Shown in pieces: positions 23,445 to 33,403 of a DNA stretch of 64,000 bases. The notes under the pieces are model-generated. The model had not been told where the DNA came from. It ran no database searches and worked only from the letters and a program-made list of their open reading frames with translations. A program made the translations under genes and the position numbers. The first letter of the stretch is position 1; each line of letters begins with the position of its first letter. This DNA comes from Pelomyxa schiedti (taxonomy: Eukaryota > Protista > Evosea). Where the stretch lies: the NCBI GenBank assembly GCA_020536535.1, contig JAHLWZ010000093.1:1-64000 (forward strand). The letters are read 5' to 3'.

Positions 23445-24914
23445 TCAGATGAGATAGGAGTGGGCGGTGGACCAAGGTGTCACGTTGAGTCCCAATGACA
23501 TAATGTGAGTCCTCGTTGTTGGGTCAGTCACTTCCATGCGCGTTTTCGCTTGCCCGACGAAGTTTCGTGCAAGCTCAATTGTGGTGAACATGAGGCCACC
23601 CTCAAAGAACACAGAATCCCAGCGACAACCAGACGATGAGCAACCGACGTCAACACATCCCATTGCGCCACCACCAGTGTTGTTGATGTCCCAGATTTCC
23701 AACAGAGGCTCCGCGCCTGAAATGCAGAACAGTGATTCGCTCATCTGTGAAATTCCTTTGACGGGGTTGTGGCATGACTGCAGGTGAATGACTTGTGCAT
23801 CTGTGGATCCCTCCTCGACTTGTATGATGACGTCGTTCTTTGGTTCTGTTGCGCTTTCACATTTCTCCACGGAGAGGATGAATGAACGAGAACCACTCTT
23901 CTTTTTAAGGAGGAGGGCCTTATTTACTCCTTCAATGCTTTGAGCGCGGAAGCTTGTGGAACTCAACACAGCCAGTTTCCTTGTGGTCCAAGATACATCA
24001 CACTGGAAGGCAGTGATCTCAATGGTAGTACTAGGTCCATCCCTCCAACTCTCACACAGTAGTCCTTCATTGGGATTGCGGCTGTTGAAAAAGAATGATC
24101 CACCATAGGGGGGCACTTGCTGCTTCGGCAATGCCACCTTACGTGCCTCAATTCCTCCAGAACAGTTCACCTTCTTTGAGACATTGCAAATGAACACAAC
24201 GTTGGTCTTCTCCGCTCTGCGGGATTCAAAGTACACCCACCACTTCCCGTTAGTCCTGCTCCGCTCGTACGAAGAGTGGTCCACAAGGCGCCACGTCTGG
24301 CCAGTATCCAAGCTCCTGATGATGTACATGGAAGATGGGCGGTACAGCTCCACGGCGTTGTGCGTGTGATCAACAGCCTCAAGCAAGCAATTATGGCTCT
24401 CACTCCACCAGCACTCCACGTCACCCATGATTGACCCAAGAAGAGGTGACTCCCTGAACGTGACAATGCATGAAGCCTCGCTCGCCGATTCAGCAAACGG
24501 AAGGAAGAAGAACCTCAGCAGCGACGAGCACAGCCCCCACACAAGCCTCGCAACCATAATCTTCTTCTCGCTACCGAGCGACGGCGCGGCGTGGCTCCCG
24601 CAGCGGGCGTGCGCCATCATCACCAGGGAACCAACTTGGTCGCGGGCAGAGAGCGAGACTGAGGGGGACACCAGGTTGGGGCGGCGCTCGGGCGGTTGCG
24701 GGTGCTGTCGCCGTTGCGGGGAGGTGGGAGGCAGGTCTGGATTGTGGGATTGTGGGGGGAACAGAAGGGACGCGACGGTGAACGACGACGCCGGCAATTG
24801 CTGCTGCCGGTCCGAAGTCTCGAGGGGTTGATGTTGCTGCCTGCACTTTTGTTTTTTGCGTCGTTGTGGTGCGGTTACGTCACCCCTCTTGTTGTTTGGC
24901 CTCCCTTTGCCCAT
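23445..24914 (-). CDS. Intronless ARDQ/HPRCG family protein, array copy 3
   Basis: 489-aa ORF; ARDQVGSLVMMAHARCG and family motifs. Confidence 0.8.
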   Translation of the reverse strand: MGKGRPNNKRGDVTAPQRRKKQKCRQQHQPLETSDRQQQLPASSFTVASLLFPPQSHNPDLPPTSPQRRQHPQPPERRPNLVSPSVSLSARDQVGSLVMMAHARCGSHAAPSLGSEKKIMVARLVWGLCSSLLRFFFLPFAESASEASCIVTFRESPLLGSIMGDVECWWSESHNCLLEAVDHTHNAVELYRPSSMYIIRSLDTGQTWRLVDHSSYERSRTNGKWWVYFESRRAEKTNVVFICNVSKKVNCSGGIEARKVALPKQQVPPYGGSFFFNSRNPNEGLLCESWRDGPSTTIEITAFQCDVSWTTRKLAVLSSTSFRAQSIEGVNKALLLKKKSGSRSFILSVEKCESATEPKNDVIIQVEEGSTDAQVIHLQSCHNPVKGISQMSESLFCISGAEPLLEIWDINNTGGGAMGCVDVGCSSSGCRWDSVFFEGGLMFTTIELARNFVGQAKTRMEVTDPTTRTHIMSLGLNVTPWSTAHSYLI

Positions 24915-24974
24915 CTCCTTCAGAATTTTCTACCAAAATGCAACTGATCAACATTTCTTTTCCTTTCCAAAGAA

Positions 24975-26417
24975 TCAAATGAGATAGGAGCAGGGGGTGA
25001 AGAAAGGGGTGATATTCAGGCCCAGTGACATAATGTGAGTCCTCGTTGTTGGGTCAGTAACCTCCATGCGTGTTACTGTTGCACCTGGGAGGTTTCGGCA
25101 TGGTCGAACTGTGGTGAACATGAGACCTCCTTCAAAGAACACAGAATCCCAATAAGCAAGAGGTGATGAGCAACCAACATCAACACATCCCATTGCGCCA
25201 CCACCAGTGTTGTTGATGTCCCAGATTTCCAAAATAGGCTCTGTGCCTGAAATGCAGAACAGCGATTCGCTCATCTGAGACACTCCTTTGATGGGGTTGT
25301 GGCATGACTTCAGATGCATCACGGGTGCATTTGCCAGTCCCTCCTCAACTTGTATGATGACACAATTGTCTGGAAGTTCATGGAACCGCTTTCGCATACG
25401 AGGCAGTTGGCTCTCACTTTTCAACACTGAGAGGACAAAGGAACGAGCACCATCCTTCTTTTTGAGTGCGAGAGCTTCTGCTACCCCGTCAACGCATTGA
25501 GCACGGAACTTTGTGGAACTCAACACAGCCAGTCTCTTTGTTGCCCAGGACTTCTCACATTGGAACACAGTGACCTCAACAGTGATCTTGCCTGACTTGC
25601 CCCAAGTCTCACACAGTATCACTTGATCAGTATTGAGGTTGTTGAAAAAGAGTGATACACGGTCAGCAACTCCTTGTCCTGGCATTGCCACCCTGTGTGA
25701 CACAATTCCCTGAGTTCGCTTCCTCTGTGAAATTTTGCCCAGAAGAATTGATTGGTTGTCAAAGTACACCCACCACCTCCCATTTGTATCACTTCGCTCC
25801 ATTTCAGCACAGTCCACAAGAAGGCTCCAAGTCTGCCCAGTATCAAAGCTCCTGATGCCACAAAAGTAAGGATCCACACAGAACTCCCCGGCGTTGTGCA
25901 TGTGATCAACAACAAAGAGGATCCAGGATAGTCTGTCATCCCACCAGCACTCCACTCCTCCCATGACTGATTCAAGAAGAACTGACACACTGAACGTGAC
26001 AACACATGATGACGTCCAACCATAATCAGCTGAAAAAGGCAGACAGAAGAACCTTGTCAGCGACTTGCACAGTTGCCACACCAGCCTCAGAACCATAATC
26101 TTCTTCTCGGCCCCCATTGCCGGCACAATGTTCCTCCCGCAGCGAGGGTGCGCCATCATCATCAGTGAAGCAACTTGGTTGTGCGCAGAACGCAAGACTG
26201 TAGGCGAAATCAGGTGAGGGCGGCTCTCGGCCCGTTGCGGCTGTTGTGGTTGTAGTTGTGGGGGTTGTGTGCAGGTGTTCGGTGTGCCACGGGATTGTGG
26301 GAGTGCAGGTGCCGGCTTCGGGGCTACTGGGAGGTCACCGCGATGCGCAATTGTATGGGCTTGGCGTCTGTGTAGTGGGGTCGGGTCGACTATCATGTGT
26401 TGTCGCCCTTTGCCCAT
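24975..26417 (-). CDS. Intronless ARDQ/HPRCG family protein, array copy 4
   Basis: 480-aa ORF; AHNQVASLMMMAHPRCG and family motifs. Confidence 0.8.
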   Translation of the reverse strand: MGKGRQHMIVDPTPLHRRQAHTIAHRGDLPVAPKPAPALPQSRGTPNTCTQPPQLQPQQPQRAESRPHLISPTVLRSAHNQVASLMMMAHPRCGRNIVPAMGAEKKIMVLRLVWQLCKSLTRFFCLPFSADYGWTSSCVVTFSVSVLLESVMGGVECWWDDRLSWILFVVDHMHNAGEFCVDPYFCGIRSFDTGQTWSLLVDCAEMERSDTNGRWWVYFDNQSILLGKISQRKRTQGIVSHRVAMPGQGVADRVSLFFNNLNTDQVILCETWGKSGKITVEVTVFQCEKSWATKRLAVLSSTKFRAQCVDGVAEALALKKKDGARSFVLSVLKSESQLPRMRKRFHELPDNCVIIQVEEGLANAPVMHLKSCHNPIKGVSQMSESLFCISGTEPILEIWDINNTGGGAMGCVDVGCSSPLAYWDSVFFEGGLMFTTVRPCRNLPGATVTRMEVTDPTTRTHIMSLGLNITPFFTPCSYLI

Positions 26418-26665
26418 CGTCCTCTAGATCTTTGGTCCTCTAGATCGCCTCACCACTGAAAAACTTTTTGCCTTTCCAAAAAAAAGTGGCATTCCCAGAA
26501 TGATCCGTGGCGGCTCTCGCGTGCTCTGGCCCTGGGAGTTTGACAAACTGGACATACCCAAAATCAGTCAACTGACTGGTGAAGGATCAAAAATCCTGTA
26601 GTCGGAGCCAAGAACAGTGATGTCGCATAAACAAGGAATCAAGTTCTACTCTGTCATCTAATCGA

Positions 26666-29399
26666 ATGTCTACTGGTCACACAGGTTTTCCTGATGAGGC
26701 CCGCGACGCGTCTGTGGCGCACGTGGTGAGTGTCTCGCGGGCGGTGTGGCAGTGGGTTGTCGAGCCAGGGTGGCTCACCTGGCACCCCGCCGAGTCCGAC
26801 GCCGACCCCTACACGACGGCGGACGAAGCGGACTACGCGGCGTCCCTGAGGACGGTGCTGAGCGTGGGCGAGGGGCTGTTCCCGCTCGTTGGGCTGGTGT
26901 GCAGGCTGCTGGCGGGGCGGGGGTTCCCCAGGGAGTCCAGGCACACTCGGCTGAGGTGGGCCGCACGCGTCGGCGCCACTCGGTGCGTGCGGTGGATGGT
27001 GGCTCATCAGATCCACGGCGTAGGATGTGCCCAACAACAAGTGGAAAGGCAAGCTGCGTGTGTGTATTATGGGACTGGTTTGATTTGTTTGGGGAATGGT
27101 TAATATTTTTAAAAAATAAATAAATTTAATGAATAAATTTATTTATTTATTTCTTAATTTAGTACCAGTAATTTTTTTTCACAAGGAATAAGAAGGCATG
27201 CACGGAAATCCTGAATGGGCTACTGTGTGGTGGGCACATGGATTTAGTGGTGAGACANNNNNNNNNNNNNNNNNNNNNNNNNNNNNNNNNNNNNNNNNNN
27301 NNNNNNNNNNNNNNNNNNNNNNNNNNNNNNNNNNNNNNNNNNNNNNNNNNNNNNNNNATTTATTTATTTATTTCTTAATTTAGTACCAGTAATTTTTTTT
27401 CACAAGGAATAAGAAGGCATGCACGGAAATCCTGAATGGGCTACTGTGTGGTGGGCACATGGATTTAGTGGTGAGACATGTAAATAGCGGTAGCAGCGGC
27501 GTCACAAAGGTCAACTCTGTAGCTGTTGGTGGGGTGGAGGGAAACTCAGAAAGCTGGTGTGAGCTGGGATTGAGGTGGCCAGGGGAACCTGGGTCTCAGG
27601 AGGATGCTGACATGAGGGAAGATATAAGAGGGAGCAGGAGATTTGCCTGGGACCTGTGTAATTGCGTTGACACACCAGTTGAGTCTGTGAAGTGGCTCGT
27701 TGGGTGGCTTGGGCTGAGAGAGCCTTGGGAGTTGTGGTACATGGCACAGGCGTCAGTGATTGGAAACGCGCCTGTGGCACAGTGGTTAATGACCACCTTC
27801 AATTTGGTTGAGGTGCTTAGTGTCTCTGAATCAACTGTAAGGAACCTGGCTGAAGCTTGCGCAAGAGGTAGGTACCCAGCACTTCTGAAGTGGTGGATTG
27901 AGAGCTTCCCCTTTCCACAAGGAGTAGATATAATCTTTGCTGACCTGGTGTGCAACAAGCACAGCACTGTTGAGCTATGTGAGTGGGTCAGGGGCCACTT
28001 GGATATTGCTGGAGAAGCTGTAGGAGGATTTCTGGAGAACCTATCATACAATCCACATTGCCTAAAGTGGGCAACAGAGGCTTTTTCCCTTTCCCCAACA
28101 GAGTCCTGGTTGAACAGCCTATGTGAAAAGACTGGGAATGCTGAAGTTATAAAGTGGATGGTTACTGAAAAGTCTATTGCACCCACTCGGAAAACATTCC
28201 TTGCAGCGTGTGGTTCTAGGAATCAAAATCTGGAGCTTGTGCAGTGGTTGTCAACGAGGGTGATACTTTCACCTGAGCATGTTCTGGATTCCCTTCAGAG
28301 GGCTCTTTCACGCAACAACGCTGACATTGCAGATTGGATTGACAGCACCTTCAAAGCTACGAATGCATTGATTTCCACGCCTGATAGACTGAGCACCACT
28401 TTCCTCAACGTTTGCCATAGAACCACGAAAGGGGTTGATGGTGTGAAATGGCTCATGTTACACATCGACATCTCCCAAGTTCCAGTGGCGTGGGTGGAGA
28501 AAAAGCTCATCGGGATATGGAGCATGCAGGTACTCTTCATGCTTATTAAGGCATTCAACATTTCCCTTCAAACCAACTTGAAGCTGCGCCGCCACGTACT
28601 CAGTGTAGTTCTATCTAATGGAACCATTTATGACGTGAGGCAGCTCCAATCAATTACTGTGCTAACAGTGGAGGATGTTGCAGAGTTCATTTACCAGGGA
28701 AGGTATCTGACAGTTTCCACCTCAAAGACAGCAAAGTGGCTTGTCACACATGTTGGTTTGGAGGTCTTAAAGCAAAGGGGCCTTCCCTTCAAATTGCTTG
28801 AGGATGTTCTCTATAGAGACAATGCACAATGCACGATGTGGTTAATTGACACACTTGACATCCAGATTGAGCCGGTGTGTGAAAACCAATACCACACAAT
28901 ATTCATTTCCTCACTCAAAAAAGATCCTTCAGAGTTTACATCCCCACTGCCCTTCTATGGCCTTGCGAACATGGAAACAACTGGTGAGCAGGTGTCCATC
29001 AATGAATGCAGAGACAATCAGAGCCAAGTGCGGAAAATTCATCACAGACACGCCGTTCATAGCAGAGTGGTCAATGGCGAGGTTCTCACTCTGTCCTGCT
29101 GACATCAAACTTTGCTGTGATGAGCTGGAATCCNNNNNNNNNNNNNNNNNNNNNNNNNNNNNNNNNNNNNNNNNNNNNNNNNNNNNNNNNNNNNNNNNNN
29201 NNNNNNNNNNNNNNNNNNNNNNNNNNNNNNNNNGACAATCAGAGCCAAGTGCGGAAAATTCATCACAGACACGCCGTTCATAGCAGAGTGGTCAATGGCG
29301 AGGTTCTCACTCTGTCCTGCTGACATCAAACTTTGCTGTGATGAGCTGGAATCCGCTCTGGCTCCACCAATGAGCTTGTGGGTGCAACAGAAATGTTGA
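26666..29399 (+). CDS. Degenerate ankyrin-like helical repeat protein (one likely intron; frameshift near 28960; spans two gaps)
   Basis: Exon 1 (26666-~27060) joins KACTEILNGLLCGGHMDLVVRH. Repeated motifs ACxxxxxxxxKW and TFLAACGSRNQNLELVQWL. The C-terminal part (LRTWKQLVSRCP...) is in another frame. Confidence 0.5.
27258..27357. other. Scaffold gap (100 N) with an identical 121-nt sequence on each side
   Basis: 27137-27257 is repeated at 27358-27478. Confidence 0.95.
29134..29233. other. Scaffold gap (100 N) with an identical 121-nt sequence on each side
   Basis: 29013-29133 is repeated from 29234. Confidence 0.95.
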
Positions 29400-29663
29400 T
29401 CTTCTTTCCCTCAGATCCGCACCCACAAGTGGTTTTGTGTCTGGAATTACAGGTGCTGGTAGGTTGTCTGTCCCTTTTTTCTAGCTAACACTATGATGAT
29501 AACAATTCTTTCCCCGTATGACGCCGGTGATTTCCAATGACCACGGCTGAGTTTTTTTTGGCTCCGAGAGCTTGAGTCAACGGTGAGTCTAGTTGATCTG
29601 CTTCCGACACGGTGATTCCGTTTCGTTCACGTAATCTCTAAGTAAAGCAAGGGGTATCTGTGG

Positions 29664-30715
29664 ATGCCGATCAAGGCGGTACCAACCAACCCACAATAAC
29701 AACCCAACAACAACATACGCCCATACGAACGCACGCGTAACAAATTTTTAACTGAAGAACACTTCACACAAACTAACGGACACACAGTTGGTGTGGGACT
29801 TGGGCGGAGTTGTTTTTCGCGATGGAAAGGAGGTTCCTTCTCACTCTCCGTGGTTTTTTTTGTTGTTGTTGTTGTTGTTGTTTTTAACCCCACTCCACTT
29901 AGTGCTTACTTACTGCTTTATTGAATATTAATAATAATAGGTAGCGTACCCAGAGCTAGCCAAGAACGGATTTGAAACCAAACTGGTGAAGTCACTCCTT
30001 ACTAGCTTTGAAAGCAACCAAGTCCGGAAGGGACTCATGGGTGTGTACATGCCTCGCGCGATTTTCACTCTCGCTAACTGTTCCGAAGACGAGGATCAAT
30101 TTTGGTCATGGACAGAGCAGGTTGTCCGGCTTTTTTTTTATTTCCCCCACTAACAATCTCATTACACTCCTGGTGTAGCAATTGAGAGAGCATGGGCAAA
30201 ACACTGATACGGTGTTCTTGAAGAAGACATGGTACGAGTCATACCTCCCAATTGAACCGGTATGGGACCTCATGCGGAGAGTCAGATCACACTACCAAAT
30301 GGTAAAGCACTGTTGCATATTCCTCTGGAACCTAAACCGCTTCCTAGGTATGTTTTACTGGGAACATTCCCTCCCGTATAGCATATCTCCAACAGAAATA
30401 CAACTTTGAGGAGCTCTTTGATTTGAAGGTAGGCTATATTGTTGATGTCATTAATAATTTTATTACATTACATAGGCAAACCTCACTAACTCTCAACAAT
30501 AGCTCTACTCATATGATTACCATATGAGCAAATCCCAACCGCAATTCTTCCAGGCCCTCATCGAGAAATGTGGGTGTGCTCCCAATGAGATTATGCTTCT
30601 GGATGATGAGGAGAAGCACAAAGTCGTTGCCAATTCTGTTGGAGTCAACTGCATTGTGTTCAAGGGTGATACTGATGACATGATTCGCCAACTGGCTGAA
30701 TTTGGTGTTAACTAG
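29664..30715 (+). CDS. HAD-superfamily hydrolase (YihX-like phosphatase), multi-exon
   Basis: Spliced MPIKA-LVWDLGGVVF (motif I), CFTGN (II), MSKSQP (III), IMLLDD (IV). Confidence 0.8.
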
Positions 30716-30854
30716 ATAAATAATAAAATAAATACCTTTTACTACCCTTGTCGTCCCCTCTTTCCCCATGTTCCATCGACCAACTTCGGTCTCATCAAAT
30801 TCACTGAATTGCCTTTTTTTCCAAAAGGAAGGATACAATAACAACAACCAGAAG

Positions 30855-32107
30855 ATGAAGACGACATTCAACCAACGTGGGGACACGACGTCTCACAAAC
30901 CACCAACAGCCACGAAACACAGAAGAATTCATCGAGACAACGCTGTGGCGGAATTGCACCCTCCCGACGGTCTCGATGTGGTCCTCCCCCCGGCAGTGCT
31001 GGACGAAATTGTGGGAATGCTAATGTGGCCTCCACACCCTCGGGTTGTGAACCGCAACTCCAACACCCACCAGGAAATGCAACATTATGGGAGTGCCAAC
31101 ACAGTGGCAACAGCACACAGTGACATTGAAAAAAATGTTAGTGATCATGGTGAAGCTTTCAACGGAATTCGGTGCCTGTTTCAGTTTGCGCTTTGTTCCC
31201 ACAAGTGTCTCGAGGCCTGTGAGCGCGTTAGTATCCTGTTTGATGTGAGGGCTACGTTTTCCACAAAAAACCACACAACAAGCCGGAATGGTTCTGGGCT
31301 ATCTGTTGCAGTACTGCAAAGGCAATTGGCGGAGATGAAGGCCCTGTATGCATTTGCAAAAGTGAATCTGGTTCGAAAGAGGTGGGAACTGCAAGTGGCT
31401 TCTTCACACCCAGCAGAAATGGTCTATGATATGGGGACTCTGCTGATGATTCCTGTTGACGATGTTACTGCTCAGAGACTGGTTGCCTTTAACGCACGCC
31501 TACAGTCTGTGGCTGACAACCACAAAAGAGATAAGTGCTCTGGGGTAGTTTCTTTCGTGACTTTGGACGGTTCAAAGAAGGTATTCCTGTTCTGCTCTGG
31601 CGCAAAGGAACGAATGCAAGTTGGGTTTTGTGTAGCAAACTGTGACTCCCCAATACTACAACCACCACCCTCGAGGGTACTGACATCCAGTGATCCACCA
31701 CCCCCATGGATTCCACTGGCTCAAATGAAACCCAGCAAGTACTGGGAACCATGGCTGACTATGCAGTAGTCCCCTTCCACTCATTAATATACACTGATTC
31801 CAAAAACAGCGCTGATCATTATGTGCTTCTGGAACTTTCACCCTACATGAACTCAGTAGCAGGGCTCGCTGATTGCTCTTGTCTTTCCCTTCAACATTGT
31901 TACTGCTTTCTTGACCTTGTGTTCCTTTGCTGTGGCCGTGGGTGCTCTGAACTTCTGAGGGCTTTTCACGTAACTAGTTCCCCCCTCTATTGCCCTTCTT
32001 CTCCACACTATTCCCCTTCTTCCCCTTCTTCCCCCCACTCCCACTATTCTCCCCCCGTCTATTACCCTTCTTCACCACACTATTCCCCTTCTTCTGACAA
32101 CGAATAA
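30855..32107 (+). CDS. F-box-like protein with C-terminal Pol II CTD-like heptads (predicted 59-nt intron 31677-31735)
   Basis: VLPPAVLDEIVGML...LFQFALCSHKCLE. A GT-AG intron joins ORFs 30768 and 31706 in frame. Tail reads YCPSSPH YSPSSPS...YYPSSPH YSPSS. Confidence 0.55.
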
Positions 32108-32210
32108 ACCATTTTTCCATTTCCCCCCTATCTCGCCTCCCACAACCCTGAACAAGAACATACAACACATAGCAATCAACTTTGAGTTGCACACACAGCC
32201 TGGGCCTTCC

Positions 32211-33131
32211 ATGCTGCCTCAAACAACCCCACACCCCCCGCCACCCCTGTGTGTGGGTCCCCGGACGCCACGAGGCAGTTTTGATTTCCGAGAGAAAGAA
32301 AAGGCCGTCATGTCAGGGAACAAATGTTTGGCAACAACATTCTGCACGCTGTGGTTGAGGATTCGTCGATGGTGTGACTGTGTGCATTGTGCTAGCCTGT
32401 TCTTTTGCATTTTGAGTGTGACGTTAGCTGGGTATGGTGTGTGGGCTCTAATGCAGAGATACGACCCCCTGGTCACACCTGCCACCTGCTACACCTTGGA
32501 AAGTCGTAAGTAATTGTTACTATTGCACACGCCACCCTAACTGTGCCCCGCACAGAGGTTTTCTATTATGGTGAAAAATGCTGTGCACAATGGAATGTTG
32601 ATATCACTGCCAATGTAACACATGAGGACGGCACAACAGCCCTTCAAGTGTACGCACAGGAATAATAATAATAGTAGTAGTAGTAATAACAAGGGCTGGG
32701 GTGTGGGAACACTAACATCACATTGGGAAACCGTAGTTTCAATGGGAAAGCAGCACTGGCTGATGCTGATGCTGGGGCATGGGTTGATTGTGAGTATGCC
32801 TGGCGTGATCTGCATGACTGGCCCGTTGGACAGAATCACACTTGCTGGTTCAACTCAGATGAAAGTTAGTATACTTTATTATTATACTTAGTACGATATT
32901 AGCAGTTTTTTAAAAAGAGACACACATAGTACTAACACCATTTCACTTCAAACAGTTAAAATCTACCGAACCATCCCTGATGTTTATGGAAAGGGCCAGA
33001 TTAACTATGCCTGGTATCATCCTGGTGATTTGGCTTCAGCTTCCAGTGACTTCATCATCGGAGTTTCATTTCTGGTCCTGGGTGTGCTTGTACTACTCTC
33101 CTGGTGGATTCTTCAAAAAGTTCTATTATAA
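32211..33131 (+). CDS. Two-TM membrane protein with a Cys-containing extracellular loop (BK-channel beta/KCNMB-like topology), multi-exon
   Basis: TM1 SLFFCILSVTLAGYGVWALM; loop PATCY...KCC...WPVGQNHTCWFN; TM2 FIIGVSFLVLGVLVLLSWWIL. Confidence 0.55.
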
Positions 33132-33403
33132 ATAATTCTATTGTTGTAAAAGGATAAAAAAAGGAGTGTAAATCTCACATGCAATTGGAAGATTTATTGA
33201 AAGTGCCACCTGATTGCACCTGGGATGTTGTTCACTTCTGTGGGCTCGAGAATGAGTCCCACAGAGGAAGAAAAACAAACCTCCTGCCAGCTTCTTATTG
33301 CTGTATAGCACATACAGCAGCGTTGTGCGCTTATCAGTACCTGTCTCATTCTGGTAAGAATGACAAAGTGTGGACCGTTGATTTCCCCTAAATAACAGTC
33401 CTG

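Noticed and set aside
23377-23475. Apparent overlap of ORFs 21988..23475 and 23445..24914
   Set aside because: The extension starts at a non-ATG codon; the likely start is ATG 23376.
27137-27478. 121-nt direct repeat flanking an N-gap (and again at 29013-29354)
   Set aside because: Both duplications are exactly 121 nt around 100-N gaps, typical of k-mer overlap in scaffolding. Not biological repeats or target-site duplications.
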